NCBI GenBank assembly: GCA_036725605.1
Contig: DAIMDW010000021.1
Coordinates: 28,044 to 92,043, forward strand
Direction of reading: 5' to 3'
Source: a bacterium
GTDB taxonomy: Bacteria; Lernaellota; Lernaellaia; Lernaellales; Lernaellaceae
DNA: 64,000 nt
The position numbers and the translations under genes are program-made. A model generated the notes under the pieces. It was not told the origin of the DNA and searched no databases. It worked only from the letters and a program-made list of their open reading frames with translations. Shown piece after piece: positions 43,689 through 52,845 of this stretch. The first letter of the stretch is position 1, and every line of letters starts with the position of its first letter.

Positions 43689-46600
43689 GTGCACGAAAAG
43701 GAAAAATGCGTTCAACTTCTGCTTAAGGATTTTCTCACAAGGCGGGACGTTGTCGCGGCGCGGCAGCAGTGGCAGGACCGCCGGAGTAGAGAGTGGATTT
43801 CCAGGCCTCGCCCGGTTAAAGCCGGCCCACAATTGGAGAGTTTGGTCGCCTTCCATGTCTATGGACCGGAGGGACGCAAGGCACCCCCATTAAATTACAT
43901 CAATAACAAAACCGGGGCTCTCGTTGCCGATGGCCGTGGCTTTGACCGCTTGGGTGCTTATGCCGTCACACCGGACAATAAATGCGGGTGGCTTTGTCTT
44001 GATTTTGATGGTCCGGGCCATCCGCTGCCTTTAGCTGACCCGACGGCCACGATGCTTGCGTGCGTGGAACGCTGCCGCGCTTTGGGCGTCCCCAGCCACA
44101 TCGAGATGTCCGGCAGCGGCCATGGTTGGCATCTCTGGGTGTTTTTCGAAAACCCGGTGCCGGCCTCTGATGCGCGGTTGCTCGGGCATCGTGTCGCACC
44201 CACGGATCATCTGCTCGTCACCGGCGAGCCCGCCGATATCCGAACAGGGCGTGGGATCGAATGCTTCCCGAAGCAGAACACGGTCAGCGACAAGAAAATC
44301 GGCGCGGGCAACATGGTCTGGCTGCCGCATTGGTTTGGAGCAATAGGCGGGGGAAATCAATTCCATCGGTTCACGGACGAAAGGATTCTCGCCCCGTATT
44401 TACCTGACGAGTTCGAACGACTACCGGTCGAGCGGCTCCAGGACATCCTCACCCAGGTGCCCGACGATATTAGGCACTTCGTGCTAAAAACGAAGGATGG
44501 ACTAAAGGCCCCGTCGGCTCCGAAAAGTAGTCCACACGCTGCGTCCACCAACTATGCGCCAAGCGACACTCAGATGATCCAGGCGGCACTCGATCACATC
44601 TCGCCCGACGTTTCCTATGACGACTGGCTTCGTATCGGCATGGCACTTCACCACTGGGACGCGCAGGCGGGGCTTTCCCTTTGGGACGCCTGGAGCGCAC
44701 TCGGCGAGAAGTATGTGGATGGCGAGCCTCCGCTCAAGTGGGACGGATTCACATCCGGCGGCGGCGTCACACTCGGCACCCTGTTCGATATGGCAAAAAA
44801 AGCGGGTTGGACCTCACCCGTTCATAAACGGGTTCCGCTGCCAAGTGACGAAGAGATCAACGATTTTATTGACGTTGACCCATCCGCATTGCTCGATGGA
44901 GCGGCTTTTAAACGAACGATCAACGCTGAAACCGCTCTTTCTGGTTCGGACGGGATCACAGTTTCAGATAGAAAGCGATTGCCGGTCATTATCGTCAATA
45001 ATCGAACCGGTCCTGCACTGATCGAGGAAGCTTGGGCGGCGATTCGTGCTTCCAATTATCCACCGCGAATATTCCAACGGAATGGCGCATTGGTCCGACT
45101 CACGATGAATACGGACCCTCCGAAAATCATCCCCATGAATTTCGTCTCCATGTATGGCCTTTTATGGCGGGTTGCCAATTGCGTCGTCGATGCCAACGAC
45201 ATGCAGAAGTCGGTCAACCCGCCCAAAGATCTGGCTAGCGACATGCTGGAGTATCCCGACCCAACGTTACCCCACCTCGATGCCGTCGTCTCCACGCCGG
45301 TCTATGATCGCGAGGGCAATCTTGTTCAAGCGCCCGGGTATCACCGAACCGCTCGGCTCTGGATGCATATCGCGCCCGGAACATTGCCATATGATGTTCC
45401 GACCAAACCATCAGACGCACAGATCGCCGAAGCCGTTGCTCTTCTCAACAACGAACTATTTGTCGATTTTCCGTTCACCTCGCAGTCCGGCCGTGCTCAT
45501 GCCGTGGCCGCTCTGTTGCAGCCTTTCATCCGGCGGATGGTCGATGGGCCGACCCCCATGTATTTGCTGGAGTCGCCGAGCCCGGGCACCGGAAAAACCC
45601 TTCTCGCGAAAGTCATCTCCAGAATTGTGCTCGGCAAGTCTGTCAACGCGGCAAGCCTCGATCTGGATGAGCAAGCTATCGCGAAAAAGATCACGGCCAT
45701 TCTTCTGGGCGCACCGCAGGTCGTCCTAATCGACAACATCAATGTTCGCACTGGTCTCAAGTCGGCCGCTCTGGCCGCCGCAATGACCGCCGAACCTTAT
45801 TCCGAACGCGTTTTATACCAACCCGGCATGACGGAGCTTCCCAACCATGCGTTGTGGCTTATCACGGCCAACAATCCGAGCATGTCCCTGGAGATTGCCC
45901 GCCGCTGTGTCAGCATACGCATCGACGCGCGACACGACCGACCTTGGCGTCTGCATGGATTCAAGCACGAGCCGCTGGATGATTGGGTGGTAGAAAACCG
46001 TGCGGCCTTGATCACGGCCATTCTCACCATCGTGCGTGGCTGGATCGTCGCGGGGCGGCCGTCGGGAAAATTGACCTTCGGTTCCTTTGATTCATGGGCC
46101 CGCATTACCGGTGGCATTCTTCAGTTCTCAGGCATTCCCGGATTTCTTTCCAACCTCGAAGACCTGTACGAAGCAGCGGACACCGAAGGTGGGGAATGGC
46201 GCGAATTCGTCGCCGCGTGGTGGAGCAAATTCGGCGGGCGGGTTGTACCTTTTGCGGAACTGTTGGACCTCGCCAATGAAAAGGGCTTGCTCCCATCCGT
46301 CGTCGGCGATCAGGGATCGCGCGCGCAAAAGACACGGCTCGGCCGCGCCCTCAGCGCCATGAGGAATAGGCAGTTTGATTCCTATCGAATTGTGCAGCGA
46401 AGAAACAGCCATACGAAGCAATCCGAATACACGCTGGAAGAGGTAAACGCCGACGACCAACGCATACCGCATGGAATGGCTCCGGTCCTGCCGCTTTTTG
46501 CGGGTGATCGTCAGCCATCGAGCGCATCATCCGCAATATCGTCCGCGAAAAATAATTCTAAAAATCAGCCAGTTGCGGATGATGCGGAAGATGCGGAAGA

Positions 46601-46802
46601 CATTTCCAATTTGCTGGATAACGAGGGCGATAAAAAAGGGATGGAGGGGGTATATGAGAACAATAGAGGGCTATCATCCGCATCAACCGCAAACGTAGAA
46701 ATTCATCAGCACAATCAGCAAGTTAGCCATGCGGAGGATGATTCGAGATTATCTCCGGCATCATCAGCGGATCTCGCCGACTTCGAACCTGAGGAGGATT
46801 AA
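43689..46802 (+). CDS. Replication protein: AEP (TOTE-type) primase + PriCT-2 + NTPase/helicase, unit B
   Basis: WLCLDFDG, GWHLWVFF, SYDDWLRIGMALH, SPSPGTGKT; collinear with primase A but lacking the wHTH/iteron insert; GTG start after GAGGGG. Confidence 0.85.
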   Translation: MHEKEKCVQLLLKDFLTRRDVVAARQQWQDRRSREWISRPRPVKAGPQLESLVAFHVYGPEGRKAPPLNYINNKTGALVADGRGFDRLGAYAVTPDNKCGWLCLDFDGPGHPLPLADPTATMLACVERCRALGVPSHIEMSGSGHGWHLWVFFENPVPASDARLLGHRVAPTDHLLVTGEPADIRTGRGIECFPKQNTVSDKKIGAGNMVWLPHWFGAIGGGNQFHRFTDERILAPYLPDEFERLPVERLQDILTQVPDDIRHFVLKTKDGLKAPSAPKSSPHAASTNYAPSDTQMIQAALDHISPDVSYDDWLRIGMALHHWDAQAGLSLWDAWSALGEKYVDGEPPLKWDGFTSGGGVTLGTLFDMAKKAGWTSPVHKRVPLPSDEEINDFIDVDPSALLDGAAFKRTINAETALSGSDGITVSDRKRLPVIIVNNRTGPALIEEAWAAIRASNYPPRIFQRNGALVRLTMNTDPPKIIPMNFVSMYGLLWRVANCVVDANDMQKSVNPPKDLASDMLEYPDPTLPHLDAVVSTPVYDREGNLVQAPGYHRTARLWMHIAPGTLPYDVPTKPSDAQIAEAVALLNNELFVDFPFTSQSGRAHAVAALLQPFIRRMVDGPTPMYLLESPSPGTGKTLLAKVISRIVLGKSVNAASLDLDEQAIAKKITAILLGAPQVVLIDNINVRTGLKSAALAAAMTAEPYSERVLYQPGMTELPNHALWLITANNPSMSLEIARRCVSIRIDARHDRPWRLHGFKHEPLDDWVVENRAALITAILTIVRGWIVAGRPSGKLTFGSFDSWARITGGILQFSGIPGFLSNLEDLYEAADTEGGEWREFVAAWWSKFGGRVVPFAELLDLANEKGLLPSVVGDQGSRAQKTRLGRALSAMRNRQFDSYRIVQRRNSHTKQSEYTLEEVNADDQRIPHGMAPVLPLFAGDRQPSSASSAISSAKNNSKNQPVADDAEDAEDISNLLDNEGDKKGMEGVYENNRGLSSASTANVEIHQHNQQVSHAEDDSRLSPASSADLADFEPEED
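46527..46781. repeat. TCCGC/GCGGA iteron-like repeats in the 3' end of primase B
   Basis: About 8 copies, e.g. GCGGATGATGCGGAAGATGCGGAAG. Confidence 0.5.
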
Positions 46803-46806
46803 AGCC

Positions 46807-47133
46807 ATGAGACAAATCAGTCTTGCCCGAGCCCTGAACATCCCGCAGCGATTTGCGGAGGAAATCTACCAGGATCTGGTCAAGGACAACAGCGGCGTCG
46901 AGCGTGAAATCTGGCGGAGCTTCTCCCGGATGAAACTTCAGCGGGAGATTTACCTGCGTCAATACTCCGGCCCACGCGGCGGATATGACAAGTGGATCGG
47001 TTTAATGCTGGAAGAAACCGTCAGGGACCTTATCGAAAAATTCATCACAGGCGAAGCGGTCCCCCGGGGTAACTGGGATCCCGACGAGTGGGAACGTCGC
47101 CTGCGGCAGGAAGCCGAATGGAGGCATTCGTGA
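46807..47133 (+). CDS. Hypothetical protein
   Basis: GAGGAGG SD; coupled to the next gene by GTGA overlap. Confidence 0.65.
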   Translation: MRQISLARALNIPQRFAEEIYQDLVKDNSGVEREIWRSFSRMKLQREIYLRQYSGPRGGYDKWIGLMLEETVRDLIEKFITGEAVPRGNWDPDEWERRLRQEAEWRHS

Positions 47134-47432
47134 TTTTGCCCTATCGCAAAGCGTCGGAAGTCTTACCGGAGGAATTGGTCGCGGAAATCCACAAATACTT
47201 TCGCGGCGGATGTCTCTATGTTGCACACCGGAAAAACGTGAACCGGATCAAGCGTGATTTGACGATCATCGCCATGCGTCGAGAAGGCCGAACCGTCACC
47301 GAAATCGCCGAATGGTTCCTGCTTTCAAGGCGTGCTGTACGTTACATCTTGCAAAAAGCCGCAGCGCGAAGCGCGGCTTCTCCGGAAAACATTGAAACCT
47401 CATCCTCCAATACCATAAGGAGTCACTCATGA
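47130..47432 (+). CDS. Mor/CD3324-like transcription activator
   Basis: Y.KASEVLPEELVAEIHKYFRGGCLYV; homolog of 28620. Confidence 0.75.
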   Translation: MILPYRKASEVLPEELVAEIHKYFRGGCLYVAHRKNVNRIKRDLTIIAMRREGRTVTEIAEWFLLSRRAVRYILQKAAARSAASPENIETSSSNTIRSHS

Positions 47433-47989
47433 ACACCAATCAGAATTTGCCCGATGATCAGGACTACGTGAATAGTTTCGGTCGCCATGTCCCGCGATGT
47501 ACCGCCCGTATGAAGAAAAACGGGCGGCGCTGCACGCTCCCGGCTGTGACGGGATATGAGGTCTGCCGGATGCACGGGGCCAATTTGAAAAACAAAGGCG
47601 GAGGGCAGCCGGGCAACCTCAACGGGATGAAGCACGGCGCCTATGTGAAGCGTCTGCTCGATGACAGAGATCGGCAATTGTTCGACGAAATGCTCGAGGC
47701 AATCCGCCGCGACTTCGAACTCAACAACTCGACAGACCAGCTTCAAGCTTCAATGGCATCGTTTTATTTCACGCGATGGATACGCGCCGTGGAGGGCAAT
47801 GCCGATGCGGCCATCGCGCATTTCGACCTTTTGATGCGCAAGCAATTCGAGTCGCTGAAAGTCATGCGGGTCCAGCGCGATTCAACCAGTGGTCCGCAGA
47901 CAACGCCAGCGGAATGGGCGGTCGCGCTTCTGGAAAGCGTGTGTGGCGGCGCGTCCGGCAAGCCGTCCAAGGACAAGCCGAGGGACTGA
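47429..47989 (+). CDS. HGGxSTG-domain protein (TerS-like), copy 3
   Basis: RCTAR..K.GRRC..PAV.G..VCRMHG, GNLNGMKHGAY. Confidence 0.78.
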   Translation: MNTNQNLPDDQDYVNSFGRHVPRCTARMKKNGRRCTLPAVTGYEVCRMHGANLKNKGGGQPGNLNGMKHGAYVKRLLDDRDRQLFDEMLEAIRRDFELNNSTDQLQASMASFYFTRWIRAVEGNADAAIAHFDLLMRKQFESLKVMRVQRDSTSGPQTTPAEWAVALLESVCGGASGKPSKDKPRD

Positions 47990-48120
47990 TGCGCCGAAAA
48001 CGCGAAAACAATCGCGTGGAAGTCGTCAGCAGCGGTCGCCGTAAGTCGGCGAAGTTGCGCGAGTCGGCCTTCGGCCAAATCGCAGATAAGACGTGTTCTG
48101 TGAGGCGCAAGCCGGGCGGC

Positions 48121-49005
48121 TCAGATGCTTTCGAGTGCGTCCTCGAGGTCATCGTCGGTGATGTGGGCATAGACCTGGGTGGTGGTGACGCGGGAGTGGC
48201 CGAGTGCTTTGGCGACCAGCAGCAGATTCTTTGTGCGGCCATAGAGCAGCGTGGCGAAGGTGTGGCGCAGTCCGTGGACGGTGATCTTGCCGTCGAGCTC
48301 GGCCCACGTGAGCCAGAGCCCCATTCGCTCCTGGACCTGGCGGGTGCTGATGCGCCGGTTGCGATTCGAGAGAAAGAGTGCGTCGGTCTCGGCCAGTATC
48401 TTACGGCGGCGCTGGATGTACTTGCGCAGGACGCCGCGAAGCTCGGTGTTCAAGAATCGCACCTGGGGCTTGCCGCCCTTGGTGCGCCTGATGCGCAGCT
48501 GCTTCTGGTCGAGGTGAACATCGCCAATGTCCAGACCGACCAGTTCCGCCAGGCGAATGCCGGTGCCGAGCAGGACGCGCAGCATGACCAAGTCACGGTC
48601 GGCGGTCTCGCCTTTGCGCGCGGCGACCGCCTTGAGGAGTGCCTTCACTTCGGCGGGCGAGAGAAAAGACGGCGCTTCCCGGTCATAGCGCTTGATCTTG
48701 ATCCATGCTGCGGGATTGCGCCCGGCTATGCCCACGTTGGCCACGTAGCACCCGAAGCTGCGCAGGCAGGCTTTGATACGTCCCAGGCTCGCTTCGCCAC
48801 GGGGGGCGCCCGTGTGCGTCGTGGTCACCGGCGTGGACAAAAGGAAACGCGCCAGCAGATCCGCGTTCAAGGTCGACGCCTCGATGTCGCCCGCGAAGGC
48901 GAGCAGCAGGCTGAGGTCGCGGCCGTAGCAGCTGAGGGTGTGCGGGCTTTTTCCCTCAGCCTCTAACTGCGTGAGAAACTGGGAAATGGCAGTGGAAAGG
49001 TTCAT
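48121..49005 (-). CDS. Tyrosine recombinase (XerC/D-like integrase), unit B
   Basis: GIRLAEL, TKGG, HGLRH, LGH, TQVYAH; collinear with 26848. Confidence 0.93.
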   Translation of the reverse strand: MNLSTAISQFLTQLEAEGKSPHTLSCYGRDLSLLLAFAGDIEASTLNADLLARFLLSTPVTTTHTGAPRGEASLGRIKACLRSFGCYVANVGIAGRNPAAWIKIKRYDREAPSFLSPAEVKALLKAVAARKGETADRDLVMLRVLLGTGIRLAELVGLDIGDVHLDQKQLRIRRTKGGKPQVRFLNTELRGVLRKYIQRRRKILAETDALFLSNRNRRISTRQVQERMGLWLTWAELDGKITVHGLRHTFATLLYGRTKNLLLVAKALGHSRVTTTQVYAHITDDDLEDALESI

Positions 49006-49008
49006 GGG

Positions 49009-49305
49009 CTACTCCTTCCCGGCCAGACCGAGCCGCCGGATGATTTCGGCCTTGTCCTCGGCGGGGAAGTCGATCCGGTCCTTGAGGTAGCTCCAGGCGC
49101 TTTCGTGAAGATTGCCGTCGGAGTCGAAGATCGCCTCGCGGATAAGCTCAACCGCCTTTTCAATCTCAGTCTCCCGGTTACAGTCGGCCCGTTCCAATTG
49201 CTCGATGGCGATGCTCAGTGCCTCGGCCTCGTCTTGGGCAAAGACGGTCTCGGCCGCCCGTTTTTGTTTCGCCTGCAGCACCTTGATGGCTTGCTTGAAG
49301 TTCAT
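49009..49305 (-). CDS. Helical hypothetical protein (homolog of 26563)
   Basis: MNFKQAIKVL...HESAWSYLKDRIDFP. Confidence 0.8.
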   Translation of the reverse strand: MNFKQAIKVLQAKQKRAAETVFAQDEAEALSIAIEQLERADCNRETEIEKAVELIREAIFDSDGNLHESAWSYLKDRIDFPAEDKAEIIRRLGLAGKE

Positions 49306-49307
49306 GG

Positions 49308-49535
49308 TCAGTCCTCCTTCTTCAATGGCACCAGGTCCTCGCGGCGGGCGTCGCTGGTGACCCAGGAGAACCGCTGGTCCTGCTCGATCCAGGGCGCGAC
49401 GTCCCACCAGCCCGTGGGGCGCTCGTTGTCGTCGAGGATCGGGGCGATCAGCTTCACTTTGAGTCCGGTCATGAAGGCGTGGTCGGTGCCCGTGTACCGG
49501 GCGATCATGCCGCGTTTAAGCCTGGGTTTCGTCAT
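49308..49535 (-). CDS. Small hypothetical protein (homolog of 26048)
   Basis: WWDVAPWIE...FSWVTSDARR. Confidence 0.75.
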   Translation of the reverse strand: MTKPRLKRGMIARYTGTDHAFMTGLKVKLIAPILDDNERPTGWWDVAPWIEQDQRFSWVTSDARREDLVPLKKED

Positions 49536-49686
49536 TGTCTTTCTCCTTGGCTTGAGTGTTCTGTTTTTCGAGAGCCGCCGCGATCCGCTCCAGCGCCGCG
49601 TTGAGCCGGGCCAGTTCTCGGGCGATGGTCGGCAAAGTGTGGTCGTAGAAGGTTCGCCCCATGGCCGTCTGAAAAAATTCAGGCAT
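49516..49686 (-). CDS. Small coiled-coil protein (homolog of 25867), not in the ORF track
   Basis: MPEFFQTAMGRTFYDHTLPTIARELARLN..., 56 aa, GGAGG SD. Confidence 0.75.
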   Translation of the reverse strand: MPEFFQTAMGRTFYDHTLPTIARELARLNAALERIAAALEKQNTQAKEKDNDETQA

Positions 49687-49701
49687 TCCGTCCTCCTTGG
49701 G

Positions 49702-50016
49702 TTACGCGGGTTTGCGGATAACCATGCCCTGGTCGTCGCACTCGACGACGCGGTAAGCCAGGCGGGTGCGGCCGCTGGCGGCGTGCTGCCACATGATGAG
49801 CCCCAGTTCATGGTCCACGATGGCTGTGCCGGGATGCCGCTCGTATTCGATGGAGTCTTCGACCTCAGCCTGGTAGTCGGCGGCGATGCCGAAAATTTCG
49901 AATTCGGCGAAGTGTCCGCACCCGATGACGTTGACATCACCCAGCGAGCGCAGCGCCTCTCCGAGCGTATTGAAGGTTTGCCTGCGGGCGGTTTGTGCGT
50001 TGTTGCTGCCTTCCAT
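49702..50016 (-). CDS. Hypothetical protein unique to unit B
   Basis: GGAGG SD then ATG 50016. Confidence 0.6.
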   Translation of the reverse strand: MEGSNNAQTARRQTFNTLGEALRSLGDVNVIGCGHFAEFEIFGIAADYQAEVEDSIEYERHPGTAIVDHELGLIMWQHAASGRTRLAYRVVECDDQGMVIRKPA

Positions 50017-50178
50017 CGTGGCCTCCTTTCGGTTTTGGTTCTTCGTGCTCATGCGACGTACAGGGGCTTCGAAGCACATTAAAGTCAAGGTAAAACAACC
50101 ACTTATGCGAAGTTTTCCGGCCCGAAGAGAAGCGCCCCGCAAAGGGCGCTGGAGGTGGGAATTGGTCTGGGGCGGGCG

Positions 50179-50406
50179 TCAGGTGGTGGGCGTTTCCTCT
50201 CGAAAGCCTCGGAAGATTCCCTCGGCGTAGGTCTTGTGGTTGGCCTTGTCGGTCAGCCAGTAGGCGGCGTCGATGTGGCCAAGCTCCAGGGCGATGGCGG
50301 CGACGACCGGGCGATCCAGCATGTTGGTCCTTCCGCTTCGGCGCACGGCCTCGATGCCCTTGAGCACCTCGGGCGGGATGGCGACTTTGGCGCTTTGGTC
50401 CGTCAT
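50179..50406 (-). CDS. DUF5049-like small protein
   Basis: VLKGIEAVRRSGRTNML. Confidence 0.72.
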   Translation of the reverse strand: MTDQSAKVAIPPEVLKGIEAVRRSGRTNMLDRPVVAAIALELGHIDAAYWLTDKANHKTYAEGIFRGFREETPTT

Positions 50407-50409
50407 GGC

Positions 50410-50820
50410 TTACTCGGCGCTTTCGGCGGGTTCGGCCTCGGCGGTTTCCTTGACCCTGGCCAGTTCCTCCTTGGGCAGCGGCACCTTGTCCGTCCATCCC
50501 TGGTCCTTGCAGTACACCAGCATTTGGCGGAACACGCGCTTGGTCTGAGCAATGGTGTGCGGGCTGCGCGGGCGCTCGGTGCGCGTTTCACCCTCTTTCT
50601 TGGGTTCGCGGATCAGCTTGTTGACCGCGTCGCTCTTGAAAAAGGCAGAGACGTGGACGGGCAGAATCTTGGCGATATCCTTGCCCTCGCCGAAGTGGGC
50701 GACGGCCAGGTCCAGGTGCCGTCCGTAGGTGATGACGGTGCGCTCGTTCTTGCCGAGTTCGGTCAGATGGGCGACGTACTTTTCGGCGGCTTCCTTGATC
50801 GTGGTGGTCTTTGTGGTCAT
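50410..50820 (-). CDS. Stand-alone integrase N-terminal SAM-like domain protein
   Basis: Close homolog of 25066. Confidence 0.72.
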   Translation of the reverse strand: MTTKTTTIKEAAEKYVAHLTELGKNERTVITYGRHLDLAVAHFGEGKDIAKILPVHVSAFFKSDAVNKLIREPKKEGETRTERPRSPHTIAQTKRVFRQMLVYCKDQGWTDKVPLPKEELARVKETAEAEPAESAE

Positions 50821-50838
50821 GAGTGGCTCCTTGTGGGT

Positions 50839-51048
50839 TTATGGTCTTTCGACCGGGTTGACTTCGCACAGGGTCCAGCCGTTGAACGACTGGCCGATCT
50901 CTTCGGGCTTCCAGTTGGCTCTCGCCTCGATCCGCGCCAGCGTTTCGTAGGCTTCGGCGATGCTGACGAAGGGGCGCATGCTCCGTTCGTTCAGCGTCTG
51001 GCCGAGGATCGCGCCGGTGTCGAGGTTGGTCAGGATGTAACGCGCCAT
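50839..51048 (-). CDS. Small hypothetical protein (homolog of 24622)
   Basis: MARYILTNL...WTLCEVNPVERP. Confidence 0.8.
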   Translation of the reverse strand: MARYILTNLDTGAILGQTLNERSMRPFVSIAEAYETLARIEARANWKPEEIGQSFNGWTLCEVNPVERP

Positions 51049-51371
51049 GTCTTTTCTCCTTTCGATTCAGCAGCTTACGACGTGTCACATCGCTTCGTGT
51101 GGCGGGCAAGTCAAGGGCTTTTTTCACCGGAAATCGAGACTCTACAGCCCGGCGGCCGGGGGCGCGGTCAAAGTAAACGGTGGAGTGGTGTAATGGTGAT
51201 GATAGTGCAGAAGGAGCCATATCATTTCCTTCGTCAGAATTGCAGCCTTCAGAATGCTGAAAAACCAGATGGAACGTATCGGCCATTTATGCAAAATGAT
51301 CCGACAAGTTAAAAATATCGCTGAAAGCTGTGTTGCAAGTATCAACAACTTGAAATTCGGAGAAGCTGACA

Positions 51372-52643
51372 ATGGGGGTTACCCGAGAAAAGCTCTACAA
51401 GGAAGTCTGGGCCGAACCGATGATCACGGTCGCGGCCCGATACGAGGTTTCTTCCAGTTTTCTCGCCCGGGTTTGCACTCGGCTGAGAGTGCCACGACCC
51501 GAACGAGGATACTGGGCCAAGCTCAAAGTCGGGAAGGCACCGCCGCAACCAGCCCTACCGCCTGCCCAACCAGGTGACGAATTGGAATGGTCACGGGACG
51601 GTAATCCACAGAGATTGCCCCCGGCGCTGCCCCGTCCGCCTGCGTCCACTCGCCGAAAACGTCCATCACCCGCACCTGCCGAACGATCTTCACATCACGC
51701 TCTCTGCACGGGTGTCCGTGAATTTTTTGAAGTCGACCGCGTTTCGGATGCTGGGCATCTCCGTCCGACCAAGCAACTCCTGGTCGATCTTTTCGTGACC
51801 AAGGAACTGCTCGCGCATGCGCTGGACACTGCGAGCCGCCTATTCTTTTTTCTGGAGGATCATCGGCATCGGGTTGTCATCGCTCCTCATGCCGAAGGCC
51901 TCCATCGTCCGAGACTTGACCCAAAGGAACCAATTGAAAAGGAGGAATCTTATTGGAAGACCTGGAGTCCATGCCGTCCGACCGTGACGTACATCGGCTC
52001 CGTCGCCATCGGGCTCACAGTCTATGAATTGAGCGAGAAGGTGGAGGCTCGATACCACAACGGGAACTATATCCGGCTGGATCAGTTGCCTCCCACGCGC
52101 CGAACATATCGTGCTCCCTCATACGAATGGACAACCAAGCATGAGTTCGCCACGGGCCGCCTCGCGGTGCGAGCCTTCTCACCATATCCTGGAACATCAT
52201 GGGAACAGTATTGGTGCGAGAAAACGCCAGGGACTTTGCCGGACCTCTTTGGAAAAATCGAACGGGGGCTCAGGCACGCGGCGCCTATCATTGCCAAAAT
52301 GGTGGAAGTACAGCGCCGGAAGGAAGAGGAAGCTCAACAACGGTGGGAGGAACAGCATCGGGAATGGGAGCGCCAGGAAGCGGTACGGCGGCAGCAAGCG
52401 GAAGAAAGGCGCCGCCAGGAGGCGTACAGAACAAGCCAAGATCAACTCCTGAAACTGGCCGAGACCTGGGCGCGGGCCTGCCGTCTTGAAAGTTTCTTTG
52501 AGAGATTGACCGTCGAGGCGGCGAATCTCGACGAAAATGAACGGGAGATCATCACGATCCGCCTGGAACGCGCACGCAATATGCTCGGTGGAACATCAGC
52601 GCTTTCTCACTTCCGCACATGGAAGTTGCCGGAGGAAAGCTAA
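51372..52643 (+). CDS. Hypothetical protein of integrative elements (N-terminal HTH-like)
   Basis: TREKLY.EVWAEP...VA.RY.VS...LA..C..L.VP.P.RGYWAK. Confidence 0.7.
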   Translation: MGVTREKLYKEVWAEPMITVAARYEVSSSFLARVCTRLRVPRPERGYWAKLKVGKAPPQPALPPAQPGDELEWSRDGNPQRLPPALPRPPASTRRKRPSPAPAERSSHHALCTGVREFFEVDRVSDAGHLRPTKQLLVDLFVTKELLAHALDTASRLFFFLEDHRHRVVIAPHAEGLHRPRLDPKEPIEKEESYWKTWSPCRPTVTYIGSVAIGLTVYELSEKVEARYHNGNYIRLDQLPPTRRTYRAPSYEWTTKHEFATGRLAVRAFSPYPGTSWEQYWCEKTPGTLPDLFGKIERGLRHAAPIIAKMVEVQRRKEEEAQQRWEEQHREWERQEAVRRQQAEERRRQEAYRTSQDQLLKLAETWARACRLESFFERLTVEAANLDENEREIITIRLERARNMLGGTSALSHFRTWKLPEES

Positions 52644-52845
52644 AATACGATAAATTGTGACTTGGCCGCAGCGTCTTCGGTTGCAAACAGGGTTTCGATA
52701 TTATCCTGCGAAACACAGAGGAATCCGGTGATCGCCTGGACTCGTCGTAGCAATCGACGGTCACCTCCTCGATCATCTCCTCAAACCGCTTCGTCGAAAT
52801 CTTTGGGTTTTTTCTCTTAGTCTGTTTAATGGTCGTTTTCGGCAT
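52630..52845 (-). pseudogene. Frameshifted remnant of a CcbP-like (calcium-binding family) small protein
   Basis: MIEEVTVDCYDES continues as (E)AITGFLCVSQDNIETLF only after a one-base frameshift. Confidence 0.45.

Larger units (their letters stand above)
43230..51120. mobile_element. Satellite-like unit B (compact, inverted relative to A)
   Basis: Primase, Mor-like and HGGxSTG genes on +; Xer and six small genes on -, most homologous to unit A. Confidence 0.72.
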
